Assembly (NCBI GenBank): GCA_004297545.1
Contig: SCTB01000123.1
Coordinates: forward strand, 20,630-84,629
From: Alphaproteobacteria bacterium
GTDB taxonomy: Bacteria > Pseudomonadota > Alphaproteobacteria > Micavibrionales > UBA2020
Length of the DNA stretch: 64,000 bases
Direction of reading: 5' to 3'
Made by a program: the position numbers and the translations under genes. Numbering within the stretch: the stretch's first letter is position 1; every line of letters starts with the position of its first letter. The notes under the pieces are model-generated. The model was not told the origin of the DNA. It did no database searches and saw only the letters and a program-made list of their open reading frames with translations. Shown in pieces: positions 52,717-59,909 of this stretch.

Positions 52717-53343
52717 GTGAACGACATAACTAGAAAGGCGGCCTTGAAAATGACGCAGTTCGCATTGAAAATTTTCAGGTTTTTCGTTTTCATCGGCCTT
52801 CTTGCGCTTATGGCGCCGCGCGCCCAGGCCGCCGACATCCCCGCCTATGCCGGCCCCGGGTCGGAAGACCTCACGAAAACCATCACGTCCGGCCCCAGCC
52901 CGTCTGCGTCGGAGGAAGTGCCGCTCGACAAGCCGAACATCGAGATCACCGCGCTGCTGCCCTGGGTCGCCGATACGGTGACCGGCTCCCTGAACCTGCA
53001 GCCGAAGGATTACAAGGAAACCCTGCATAATGCGGCGCGCAGCTTCACGCGCGATGGCTGGGTGGATTTCACGCGGATGCTGCAGAAGTACCGCGTCATC
53101 ACGAACCTGCAGCAGAACGACCAGACGGTCTCGGTCGTGCCCGGCTCGCCGTCGCTTTCGCGCGAGGATATCGAAGACGGCATCTACCGCTGGAGCATCA
53201 CGATGCCCGTCACCATCAACTATTTCAGCGAGAAGGATTCCCACACCGACTACATCATCCTCAACCTCATGGTCGTTCGCGTCCCGCGCAAGGACAACAT
53301 CCTGGGCATCAGCATTTCGAAGTGGCTGGAGGCGGAGAGGTAG
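52717..53343 (+). CDS. IcmL/DotI-like protein (type IVB secretion-associated family), orphan
   Basis: N-terminal TM/signal segment, then W..........DY......A...FT.DGW.DF...L...........Q.VS.VPG.P......I.DG.Y.W.I.MPV.I.Y.........I.L.L.V.RVP......LGISI..W. This follows the IcmL/DotI core pattern as I recall it. Start is GTG 52717 or ATG 52750. Confidence 0.5.
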   Translation: MNDITRKAALKMTQFALKIFRFFVFIGLLALMAPRAQAADIPAYAGPGSEDLTKTITSGPSPSASEEVPLDKPNIEITALLPWVADTVTGSLNLQPKDYKETLHNAARSFTRDGWVDFTRMLQKYRVITNLQQNDQTVSVVPGSPSLSREDIEDGIYRWSITMPVTINYFSEKDSHTDYIILNLMVVRVPRKDNILGISISKWLEAER

Positions 53344-53355
53344 CATCACTCTTCT

Positions 53356-53456
53356 GTCATGCCAGCGAAAGCTGGTATCTCTGAAATTTAAAATCATCCC
53401 CGCTCCGCGGGAATGTCCCTATTAAATAGAGCGATGCCAGCTTTCGCTGGCATGAC
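53356..53456. repeat. Nested-palindrome intergenic element (GTCATGCCAGC type)
   Basis: gtcatgccagcgaaagctggtatctct ... agagcgatgccagctttcgctggcatgac, with a central hairpin tccccgc-tcc-gcgggaa. Confidence 0.8.
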
Positions 53457-53485
53457 AATATATCCGGGGTGAAGTTCGGGATAGC

Positions 53486-53518
53486 AAAAAAACCGCCCCG
53501 GTTGTGACACCGGGGCGG
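53486..53518 (-). terminator. Rho-independent terminator for 53545..54198
   Basis: On the minus strand: ccgccccgg-tgtcacaa-ccggggcgg followed by ttttttt. Confidence 0.65.
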
Positions 53519-53544
53519 CTTTGTATTCAGTCGGGGGACTTCAC

Positions 53545-54198
53545 TTACATCCCGTGTCCGCCGTGGCCGCCGCCGAAACGGGGGGGCTTCGGCTTATTCA
53601 CGTTTTTTGGCTGAGCCGCCGCCGCTTTGTCCAGCGCTTCGAGGGCTGCATGTGACTTTTTCGCGGCGTCTTCGAAGACGGTGTCGAGGGCCGGATCCTG
53701 GCCTTTCACGGTCGCGAACTGGCGCTCGAGGTCGTTGAGGATATTCCAGCGCGTCTGGTGGTGGGCGTCGATCCTTTTGCGGTTGACCATCTGGTCGTTC
53801 ATGGTCGAGATGCCTTCGCAGATGAAGATGCGGTTCATGTCGCGGGTCATGTTCGCGTCGGGCGTGACGGAGGGATCCACCATCGCCTGCAGCAGGTCGA
53901 CCGTGCGGTCGCCGAAGATATGGCGCGCGGCGGCTTCGGTTTCTGCGTTGGCGAGCAGCGTGCCCTTGGCGGGGCCCAGCAGCAGCAGGTTGATGCTCTC
54001 TTCCGAATAATCCGGGCAGTTGTCGATCACGCGTTTCGCGGCCGCGATGGGCTGGTTGTGCATGAAGTTCTTGATGCGCTCCGGGCCGAACATCGACATG
54101 TTTTCGTTCAGCCATTCGTAGCAGATGCCGACGGCGACCTTGAAGCGGTTGTTGTCGGGCAGACCGGAAGTCGAAAAGTCAAAGGTATCTTCAGCCAT
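53545..54198 (-). CDS. Hypothetical protein with P/K-rich, Gly/His C-terminal tail
   Basis: 217-aa ORF with no recognised domain. Tail ...AAAAQPKNVNKPKPPRFGGGHGGHGM. Occupies the position where recR is usually found downstream of ybaB. Confidence 0.5.
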   Translation of the reverse strand: MAEDTFDFSTSGLPDNNRFKVAVGICYEWLNENMSMFGPERIKNFMHNQPIAAAKRVIDNCPDYSEESINLLLLGPAKGTLLANAETEAAARHIFGDRTVDLLQAMVDPSVTPDANMTRDMNRIFICEGISTMNDQMVNRKRIDAHHQTRWNILNDLERQFATVKGQDPALDTVFEDAAKKSHAALEALDKAAAAQPKNVNKPKPPRFGGGHGGHGM

Positions 54199-54223
54199 TA
54201 TCTTCTCCTTAGGGGGTTAATGA

Positions 54224-54547
54224 TTAAAACGGTAAATCCATGTTGGGCGGCAACCCCATTTCCTGCATGAGCCTGCCGGTTTCGTCGGCCATCGCCTTTT
54301 CCGCACGCGCGCGGGCGTCGTTGACGGCCGCGATGATCAGGTCTTCCATCACCTCGGCGTCATCCGCCTTGATGAGGGAGCGGTCCACTTTCAGGGCTTT
54401 CAGCTCGTGCTTGCCCGTCATGCGGCAGGTCACCATCCCCTGCCCCGCTTCGCCCTGCACTTCCATCTGGTGCGCCCGGTCCTGGAGGTCCTGCATCTTC
54501 TGCTTGAACTTCTGGGCCTTCTGCATCATCTGGGCAAAATTGGTCAT
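54224..54547 (-). CDS. ybaB: Nucleoid-associated protein YbaB/EbfC
   Basis: MTNFAQMMQKAQKFKQKMQDLQDRAHQMEVQGEAGQGMVTCRMTG.HELK.LK.D..L...D.E.(M/L)EDLI.AA.NDA. Start ATG 54545-54547. Confidence 0.85.
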   Translation of the reverse strand: MTNFAQMMQKAQKFKQKMQDLQDRAHQMEVQGEAGQGMVTCRMTGKHELKALKVDRSLIKADDAEVMEDLIIAAVNDARARAEKAMADETGRLMQEMGLPPNMDLPF

Positions 54548-54783
54548 GGCTTTAGGGTCAGCGATCTGGTCACGTGTTAAGGTTTTGGAACTGGGACGAA
54601 CCGTATAGACGGAGGGCGGCGGAGTCAACCCGCCTTGGCCGGTATAACGGTTTGTTTTTGCTCAGCATTTGAATGACACTGATTTTCAGTTGAGCGGCTG
54701 TTCGGTTTATGTTAAATTTGAGCCGGAATACCCCGGCAAATCAAGGCGCTGCGGGAACAAAGAAACAGTCACCAAGAGGGTGC

Positions 54784-55557
54784 ATGCCAGCACAGGATTT
54801 CAAGGACGCCGCTGCCCGGGACCAGTTCAAGCTGGAAGTGGCGCGGTTCTTCTCCTCCGTCTCCGCCAACGAGGTGGACGGCGTGCTGAAATTCGTCATG
54901 AACCACCCGAAGGAAGCAGCCACGCTGAAAAGCAGCGATGGCATCACCGCGCTGATGTTCGCCGCGCGCGAAGGGTATAAAGAGACCGCCTGGCTGCTGA
55001 TCCATGCCGCGCCCCAGGACCTGGAGGTCGGCAACGCCAATGAATCAACCGCGCTGATGTTCGCGGCCCATGCCGGCAAGGCGACCATCGTGGCCCTGCT
55101 GCTGGAAGCGGGCGCCGACGTCAACCACGTCAACAAGAACGGCCATACGCCGCTGATGTCGGCCTCCGCCAACGGCTTTAAAAACACAGTCGAGCAGCTT
55201 TTGAAATTCAATGCCGACATCACGCCCAAGGACGCCGAGGGAAATACCGCGCTGGATTACGCGCGGGAGAACGGCTTTACCGACATCGAAAAAATGATCG
55301 CGACCGCCGCCGTGACGCAGCAGGCGGTGCGCGAGAAGGCTGCCGCAGAGGCCAAAGCCCGCGCGGTGGAGGAAAACCGCCCCATCATCTCCGACGACAA
55401 CGGCGAGTCCCTCAAAGACCTCGAGCGCCGCATGATGAAGGCGAATCTCGCCTATCCCGTCAAGCCGCAGGACGACCCCGACAAGGCGAAAGACGACGCC
55501 AGCGCCGCCGAAGCCCGCCGGGTACTGAAAGATCTTTCCAAGGATATGGGGCGGTAG
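54784..55557 (+). CDS. Ankyrin-repeat protein
   Basis: ITALMFAAREGYKETAWLLIH...; STALMFAAHAGKATIVALLLEAGADVNHVNKNGHTPLMSASANGFKNTVEQLLKFNADI...GNTALDYARENGFTDI. Confidence 0.8.
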   Translation: MPAQDFKDAAARDQFKLEVARFFSSVSANEVDGVLKFVMNHPKEAATLKSSDGITALMFAAREGYKETAWLLIHAAPQDLEVGNANESTALMFAAHAGKATIVALLLEAGADVNHVNKNGHTPLMSASANGFKNTVEQLLKFNADITPKDAEGNTALDYARENGFTDIEKMIATAAVTQQAVREKAAAEAKARAVEENRPIISDDNGESLKDLERRMMKANLAYPVKPQDDPDKAKDDASAAEARRVLKDLSKDMGR

Positions 55558-55560
55558 CCG

Positions 55561-56243
55561 CTCTCCTCCCCTTTGGGGGAGGAAGGGGCCCGCACGAAGT
55601 GCGGGAAGGTGGGGGGTACTCCGTGCAACAGAGTGGCTGGTTAGAAGTTTAAATCACGACTGAACACGAATGCTCATGAGTCTTCTGAGTGTCAATGCTT
55701 CTTCCGAAAAATCGAGCTCATTTTGCGCTTTTTGGCCCGTGCAATATTAGCAACCACGCTTCGTACAGCTTCGCCAATGTGCAGGGCAATAAACTACGTG
55801 CCCATTGTCTTTTGTGTTTTTTAGTATCGTTGAAGTTTAACTCCTCGACAAACGAAACATCGATTGCATTTTTTAAATCATCATTACCGTTTTCGTAGGC
55901 CCACTCTGCCAACTTATACGCTTTTGTCACTTGCTCCCGGTCACCAGAATCTATCAGCTGTTGCACTAATCTGCGAAAGACCGCCATTTCAAAATGAAGT
56001 AAACCTTGTTCCTTGTTGATTTCCAGCTCAACTGCGGGAAATGTTGCCTTTAGCTGTTTGAGAAATTCACTCCTATGGACTTTTGTCATTTTTTCCGGCG
56101 CCCCCGCCCGTTTTCCACAATCTACTTTATCATTCATTCATTTTTATTCGTAGTTCAAACTATTCACTATCTATGTAACTTCACAGAGTACCCCCACCTT
56201 CCCGCACTTCGTGCGGGCCCCTTCCTCCCCCAAAGGGGAGGAG
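55561..56243. mobile_element. Inverted-repeat-bounded cassette carrying one AT-rich orphan gene (no transposase)
   Basis: Left arm: ctctcctcccctttgggggaggaaggggcccgcacgaagtgcgggaaggtggggggtactccgtg. Reverse complement of right arm: atctcctcccctttgggggaggaaggggcccgcacgaagtgcgggaaggtgggggtactctgtg. Only 2 differences. Fills the gap between two convergent stops. Confidence 0.8.
55718..56089 (-). CDS. Hypothetical helical protein (123 aa), cassette cargo; immunity-protein-like by context only
   Basis: MTKVHRSEFLKQLKATFPAVELEINKEQGLLHFEMAVFRRLVQQLIDSGD...NAIDVSFVEELNF. Markedly AT-rich. An alternative upstream ATG at 56137 exists. Confidence 0.5.
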   Translation of the reverse strand: MTKVHRSEFLKQLKATFPAVELEINKEQGLLHFEMAVFRRLVQQLIDSGDREQVTKAYKLAEWAYENGNDDLKNAIDVSFVEELNFNDTKKHKRQWARSLLPCTLAKLYEAWLLILHGPKSAK

Positions 56244-56247
56244 ATTC

Positions 56248-57297
56248 TCACGCCGCCTGATCGCGGTAGCGCAGCATCGAGAACCCCATCAGCAGGAACA
56301 AGACGCCCACGCCGCCAAGACCGCCCGGCAGCAGCCAGTTCATCCAGCCGCGGTCGATGACGGCGGAGGGCTGGGGCATATCCGGAAGGTAGAGAACCGT
56401 CACATCGTCGCCGGTGCGGTAGGACGGATGGCTGGACCCGAAGCCGTCGCGGAACCGCACGTTGCGGCCCTTGTCATCCCGGAATTCGACGACGGGATAA
56501 TAAGAAGTATCGCCGTCGCTGTTGCGGGAGGTCTCCAGCGCTACGACCTTGCCCTCCGCGCGGGTGCCGTGCTCGGTCAGGCTGATCATTTTCTGGCCGA
56601 AGTGATACCCGCCGTATATCATCGCGCAGCCGATAACAAGAAGGATGGGCATGGCGATGCGGGCCTGCTGGCGTTCCTGCACAACCGCCCGGATGCCCTC
56701 GGGCGTGTCCCGGAATTCCTCCATCGTGGTGAGCGAGCTGCTTTCCCATTCCTTCGCGCGCTCGGCCTTGCGCTTTTCCTTCCACTCCGCCACCGTGCCG
56801 CGCTGTTCTTTCGGGATGATGTGCCGGCGGATTTTCAGCGCAGCCATCAGCACAAGGACGCCGATCATGCCATAGGAATAGACCGTCAGCGGATAGGAGA
56901 ACAAGGCGATTTTCAGGAACAGGATTCCGGGGCCGAGAAAGAACAGGCCCACAATCAGGTAGAGAATGGAAGCGGCGGGCCGCGCCTCCTCCGGCTTGTC
57001 GGGAAAAATCATCAGCCGCACCGCCTTGCCCGTTTCCATGCCGCGCATGCTGTTGGTGCCGGTGGAGGAGATCGTCTCGCGCTGCTCGCCCGAGCCGAGG
57101 ATGTAACGGTAGACGGGATAATAATAGATGCCCTTTTTCCGCACGCCGATGATGGTGGCGTCGACGCGCTCTGCCTTCAGCCGCCAGTACAGCCCGTTGC
57201 CGATGATGCCGGCGCCGATCAGAAAGCAAAGCCCGCCGCCCAGAATCATGGCGGCCTGCTGGAATGCCATCATGCCGTTAAAGAAAAGGTCTAACAT
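56248..57297 (-). CDS. Membrane protein with two DUF3592-like domains
   Basis: TM segment followed by a beta-rich module, twice (…RVDATIIGVRKKGIYYYPVYRY...GKAVRLMIFP; …GTRAEGKVVALETSRNSDGDTSYYPVVEFRDDKGRNVRF...GDDVTVLYLP). Starts 7 nt after the dnaX stop. Confidence 0.65.
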   Translation of the reverse strand: MLDLFFNGMMAFQQAAMILGGGLCFLIGAGIIGNGLYWRLKAERVDATIIGVRKKGIYYYPVYRYILGSGEQRETISSTGTNSMRGMETGKAVRLMIFPDKPEEARPAASILYLIVGLFFLGPGILFLKIALFSYPLTVYSYGMIGVLVLMAALKIRRHIIPKEQRGTVAEWKEKRKAERAKEWESSSLTTMEEFRDTPEGIRAVVQERQQARIAMPILLVIGCAMIYGGYHFGQKMISLTEHGTRAEGKVVALETSRNSDGDTSYYPVVEFRDDKGRNVRFRDGFGSSHPSYRTGDDVTVLYLPDMPQPSAVIDRGWMNWLLPGGLGGVGVLFLLMGFSMLRYRDQAA

Positions 57298-57304
57298 CGA
57301 AGAC

Positions 57305-58951
57305 TTAGGACTTTGTCCGGATATCGATGATCTTCGCGCCGGGGAAGATTTTGAGAGCTTCGGCGACGACGGGGGAGGATTTGACGTCGTCCATCACCGA
57401 CTGCGCCTCGGTCTGGATACGTTCGCCCAAGGTCGGCTCGCCCTGCTCGCGGGAGAGGCTGACGATCCAGCGCTCACCCGTCCATTCCTTTAGGCGCTCC
57501 GACATCTGGCCGATGAGGTTCTGCGGCGCGCCTTCCTTGACGCGAACGGCCAAGTGCCCACGCTCGAACTTCACCAGATGCACGAAGTTTGAAATCTGCT
57601 GCTGCAATAAAACCTGCCGCTTGACGCCGAACAGCGCGACCGCTTCAGCGAAGGAATTGATGGCGACCGCCTGCCCTTCCTGCGGTTCGGCGATGGCCTG
57701 CGCGGTGGCGGACACGGCCGATACGCTGCGCATCACGGTCGCCCCGCGCGGGGCCCCGCCGCCTGCGGGCGCGCCGCCGCCCATGCTGACGGTCGAGCCG
57801 TCTTTCAGCTGCTTGAGCACGTCGCCCGGCGTCGGCTGGTCCGACACATACAGCAGGCGTATCAAAATCATTTCCAGCGCGTTCTGCGTGTTCTGGGCAT
57901 AGGAAACTTCCGATACGCCCTTCAGCAGCATCTGCCAGGCGCGCGTGAGCACGGGAATGGACAGGTTTTTCGCCAGTTCCGCGCCGCGCACGCGCTCGGC
58001 TTCCGGCAGGGCCTTGTCCTTCGCGGTTTCGGGCGCGACCTTGACGCGCGTGAGGTAATGGTTGAGGTCGAGCAGGTCCTGCAGCACCATGAGCGGTTCC
58101 GCGCCCGCCTTGTAAAGGCTGTCAAGAAGCCCCAGCGTGCCCGCGGTGTCGCCCTTCATGAGGGCCTCGAACAAATCCAGCGTGACGGCGCGGTCGGCGA
58201 GGCCCAGCATGTCGCGCACGCCGGCTTCGGTGATCTTGCCCTGCTCGCGCGAAATCGCCTGATCGAGCAGACTTAAACCGTCACGCGCCGAACCGTCGGC
58301 CGCGCGGGAGACAAGGGCGATGGCGCCCGGTTCCGCCGTGACTTTCTCTTTCGCCAGCAATTCGCCGAAATAGGCTTCCAGCACGCCCGCATCGATGCGG
58401 CGCAAATCAAAGCGCTGGCAGCGCGACAGGACGGTCACCGGAACCTTGCGGATTTCGGTGGTCGCGAAAACGAACTTCACATGCACCGGCGGCTCTTCCA
58501 GCGTTTTCAGCAGCGCGTTGAAAGCGCCCTTGGACAGCATATGGACTTCGTCGATGATGAAGATCTTGTAGCGGCCCGAAACCGGCGCGTATTGAACGGT
58601 GTCAATCAGGTCGCGGATATTCTCGACGCCGGTGTGGGACGCCGCGTCCATTTCCAGCACGTCGACATGGCGGTCCTCGGAAATCGCCTTGCACTGCTCG
58701 CAGGCGCCGCAGGGGGTGGGCGTGGGGCCTTTTTCGCAGTTCAGCGCGCGGGCGATGATGCGGGCGGTCGTCGTCTTGCCGACGCCCCGGACGCCGGTCA
58801 GCATAAAGGCATGGGCGATGCGGCCGGTTTCGATGGCGTTGGTCAGCGTGCGCACCAGCGCATCCTGGCCCTTGAGCTCGGCGAAGTTTTTGGGGCGGTA
58901 TTTGCGCGCCAGAACGCGGTATTCGGTCGACTCGGCACCCTGTTTGGCCAC
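57305..58951 (-). CDS. dnaX: DNA polymerase III subunit gamma/tau
   Basis: YRVLARKYRPKNFAELKGQD..., Walker A GVRGVGKTT, zinc module CEKGPTPTPCGACEQC, DEVHML, SRCQRF. Confidence 0.95.
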   Translation of the reverse strand: MAKQGAESTEYRVLARKYRPKNFAELKGQDALVRTLTNAIETGRIAHAFMLTGVRGVGKTTTARIIARALNCEKGPTPTPCGACEQCKAISEDRHVDVLEMDAASHTGVENIRDLIDTVQYAPVSGRYKIFIIDEVHMLSKGAFNALLKTLEEPPVHVKFVFATTEIRKVPVTVLSRCQRFDLRRIDAGVLEAYFGELLAKEKVTAEPGAIALVSRAADGSARDGLSLLDQAISREQGKITEAGVRDMLGLADRAVTLDLFEALMKGDTAGTLGLLDSLYKAGAEPLMVLQDLLDLNHYLTRVKVAPETAKDKALPEAERVRGAELAKNLSIPVLTRAWQMLLKGVSEVSYAQNTQNALEMILIRLLYVSDQPTPGDVLKQLKDGSTVSMGGGAPAGGGAPRGATVMRSVSAVSATAQAIAEPQEGQAVAINSFAEAVALFGVKRQVLLQQQISNFVHLVKFERGHLAVRVKEGAPQNLIGQMSERLKEWTGERWIVSLSREQGEPTLGERIQTEAQSVMDDVKSSPVVAEALKIFPGAKIIDIRTKS

Positions 58952-59118
58952 GGCATTTCCCCCCTGTTTGACGGTCTGTGAAGAATATAGGATTCACCTG
59001 CCCTTTTCAAATAATCTTGCCTGTATTACAGAAAACAAACCCCATGCCGACCTTGCCTTGCCAGAGGCGGACATATTATTATTTATCAGGGTCTAAGGTC
59101 AGAAAGGTCTGGGGCGCT

Positions 59119-59499
59119 GTGGCGATTACAATCGAAGAGCTGGACGGAAAATACGAAGTTTTCTCGCAGAAGATCGGGGGCGGGACGAACGTGCCGGACG
59201 GCGACGGCACCACCGAGATTCGCAACGGCCTGACCTACCGCAAGGACAAGAACGGCTTCATCTGGGAGAGCGCCTTCACCATCGCGGGCGCCGACCAGGT
59301 GCAGATGGAATCGACCATCGACCCCAGCCACGCCGGCGCCGACAAGTTCATCAAGGATGAAAAGGGCAACCTGACCAAGGGCATGCTCACCTACCGCGCG
59401 ATACTGAATGCGACGCGCGACAACGGCAAGCTGGTTTTAAAGGGCGATATCAACCACGGCGGCGAGATCACGCGCCTGACGCTGAAGAAAATTTCTTAA
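59119..59499 (+). CDS. Hypothetical ~126-aa protein, tandem paralog A
   Basis: Start placed at GTG 59119 so that VAITIEELDGKYEV... aligns with MGIKLEELDGRYEI... of the downstream paralog. Shared YRKD.NGFIWES.F.I.G.D, ST(I/L)DPS, FIKD, LVL(K/R)G(D/E)I.HG. Confidence 0.5.
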   Translation: MAITIEELDGKYEVFSQKIGGGTNVPDGDGTTEIRNGLTYRKDKNGFIWESAFTIAGADQVQMESTIDPSHAGADKFIKDEKGNLTKGMLTYRAILNATRDNGKLVLKGDINHGGEITRLTLKKIS

Positions 59500-59517
59500 A
59501 AGGGTATTTTAGGCGCT

Positions 59518-59901
59518 ATGGGCATCAAGCTCGAGGAACTGGACGGAAGATACGAAATCCGCTCGGAGACGAGCGACGGCGGCCCCTATCGCATCAACGG
59601 CGACGGCGTCACCGAAGTGAAAGACGGCCGCACCTACCGCAAGGACCAGAACGGCTTTATCTGGGAGAGCCGGTTCAGCATCTCGGGCAAGGACAAGATA
59701 ATGCTGGAATCCACGCTCGACCCCAGCCTCGCCGATGAAGACTTCTTCATCAAGGACAACAAGAACAACCTGACGCGCGAGAAAGTCACCTACAAGGGCG
59801 AGCTTATCGTGCGGGAAGAGCGCGGACGCCTGGTGCTCCGCGGCGAGATAAAACACGGGATCGTGACCACGCGCATCACGATGACCAGGATCAACGCTTA
59901 A
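59518..59901 (+). CDS. Hypothetical 127-aa protein, tandem paralog B
   Basis: MGIKLEELDGRYEIRSETSDGGPYRINGDGVTEVKDGRTYRKDQNGFIWESRFSISGKD.... By-eye similarity to paralog A over the full length is clear. Confidence 0.6.
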   Translation: MGIKLEELDGRYEIRSETSDGGPYRINGDGVTEVKDGRTYRKDQNGFIWESRFSISGKDKIMLESTLDPSLADEDFFIKDNKNNLTREKVTYKGELIVREERGRLVLRGEIKHGIVTTRITMTRINA

Positions 59902-59909
59902 TAGTGATT

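Noticed and set aside
57305-58951. Programmed -1 frameshift site (A AAA AAG type) in dnaX for gamma-subunit production
   Set aside because: I found no heptanucleotide slippery run on the coding strand. The closest is GAAAAAGG near 58731, with only five A residues.
58952-59118. SRP (4.5S) RNA, which is often found upstream of dnaX
   Set aside because: I could not find the conserved GGUCAGGUCCGGAAGGAAGCAGCC-type domain IV core on either strand of this spacer. Only a weak aaggtcagaaaggtctgg resemblance is present.
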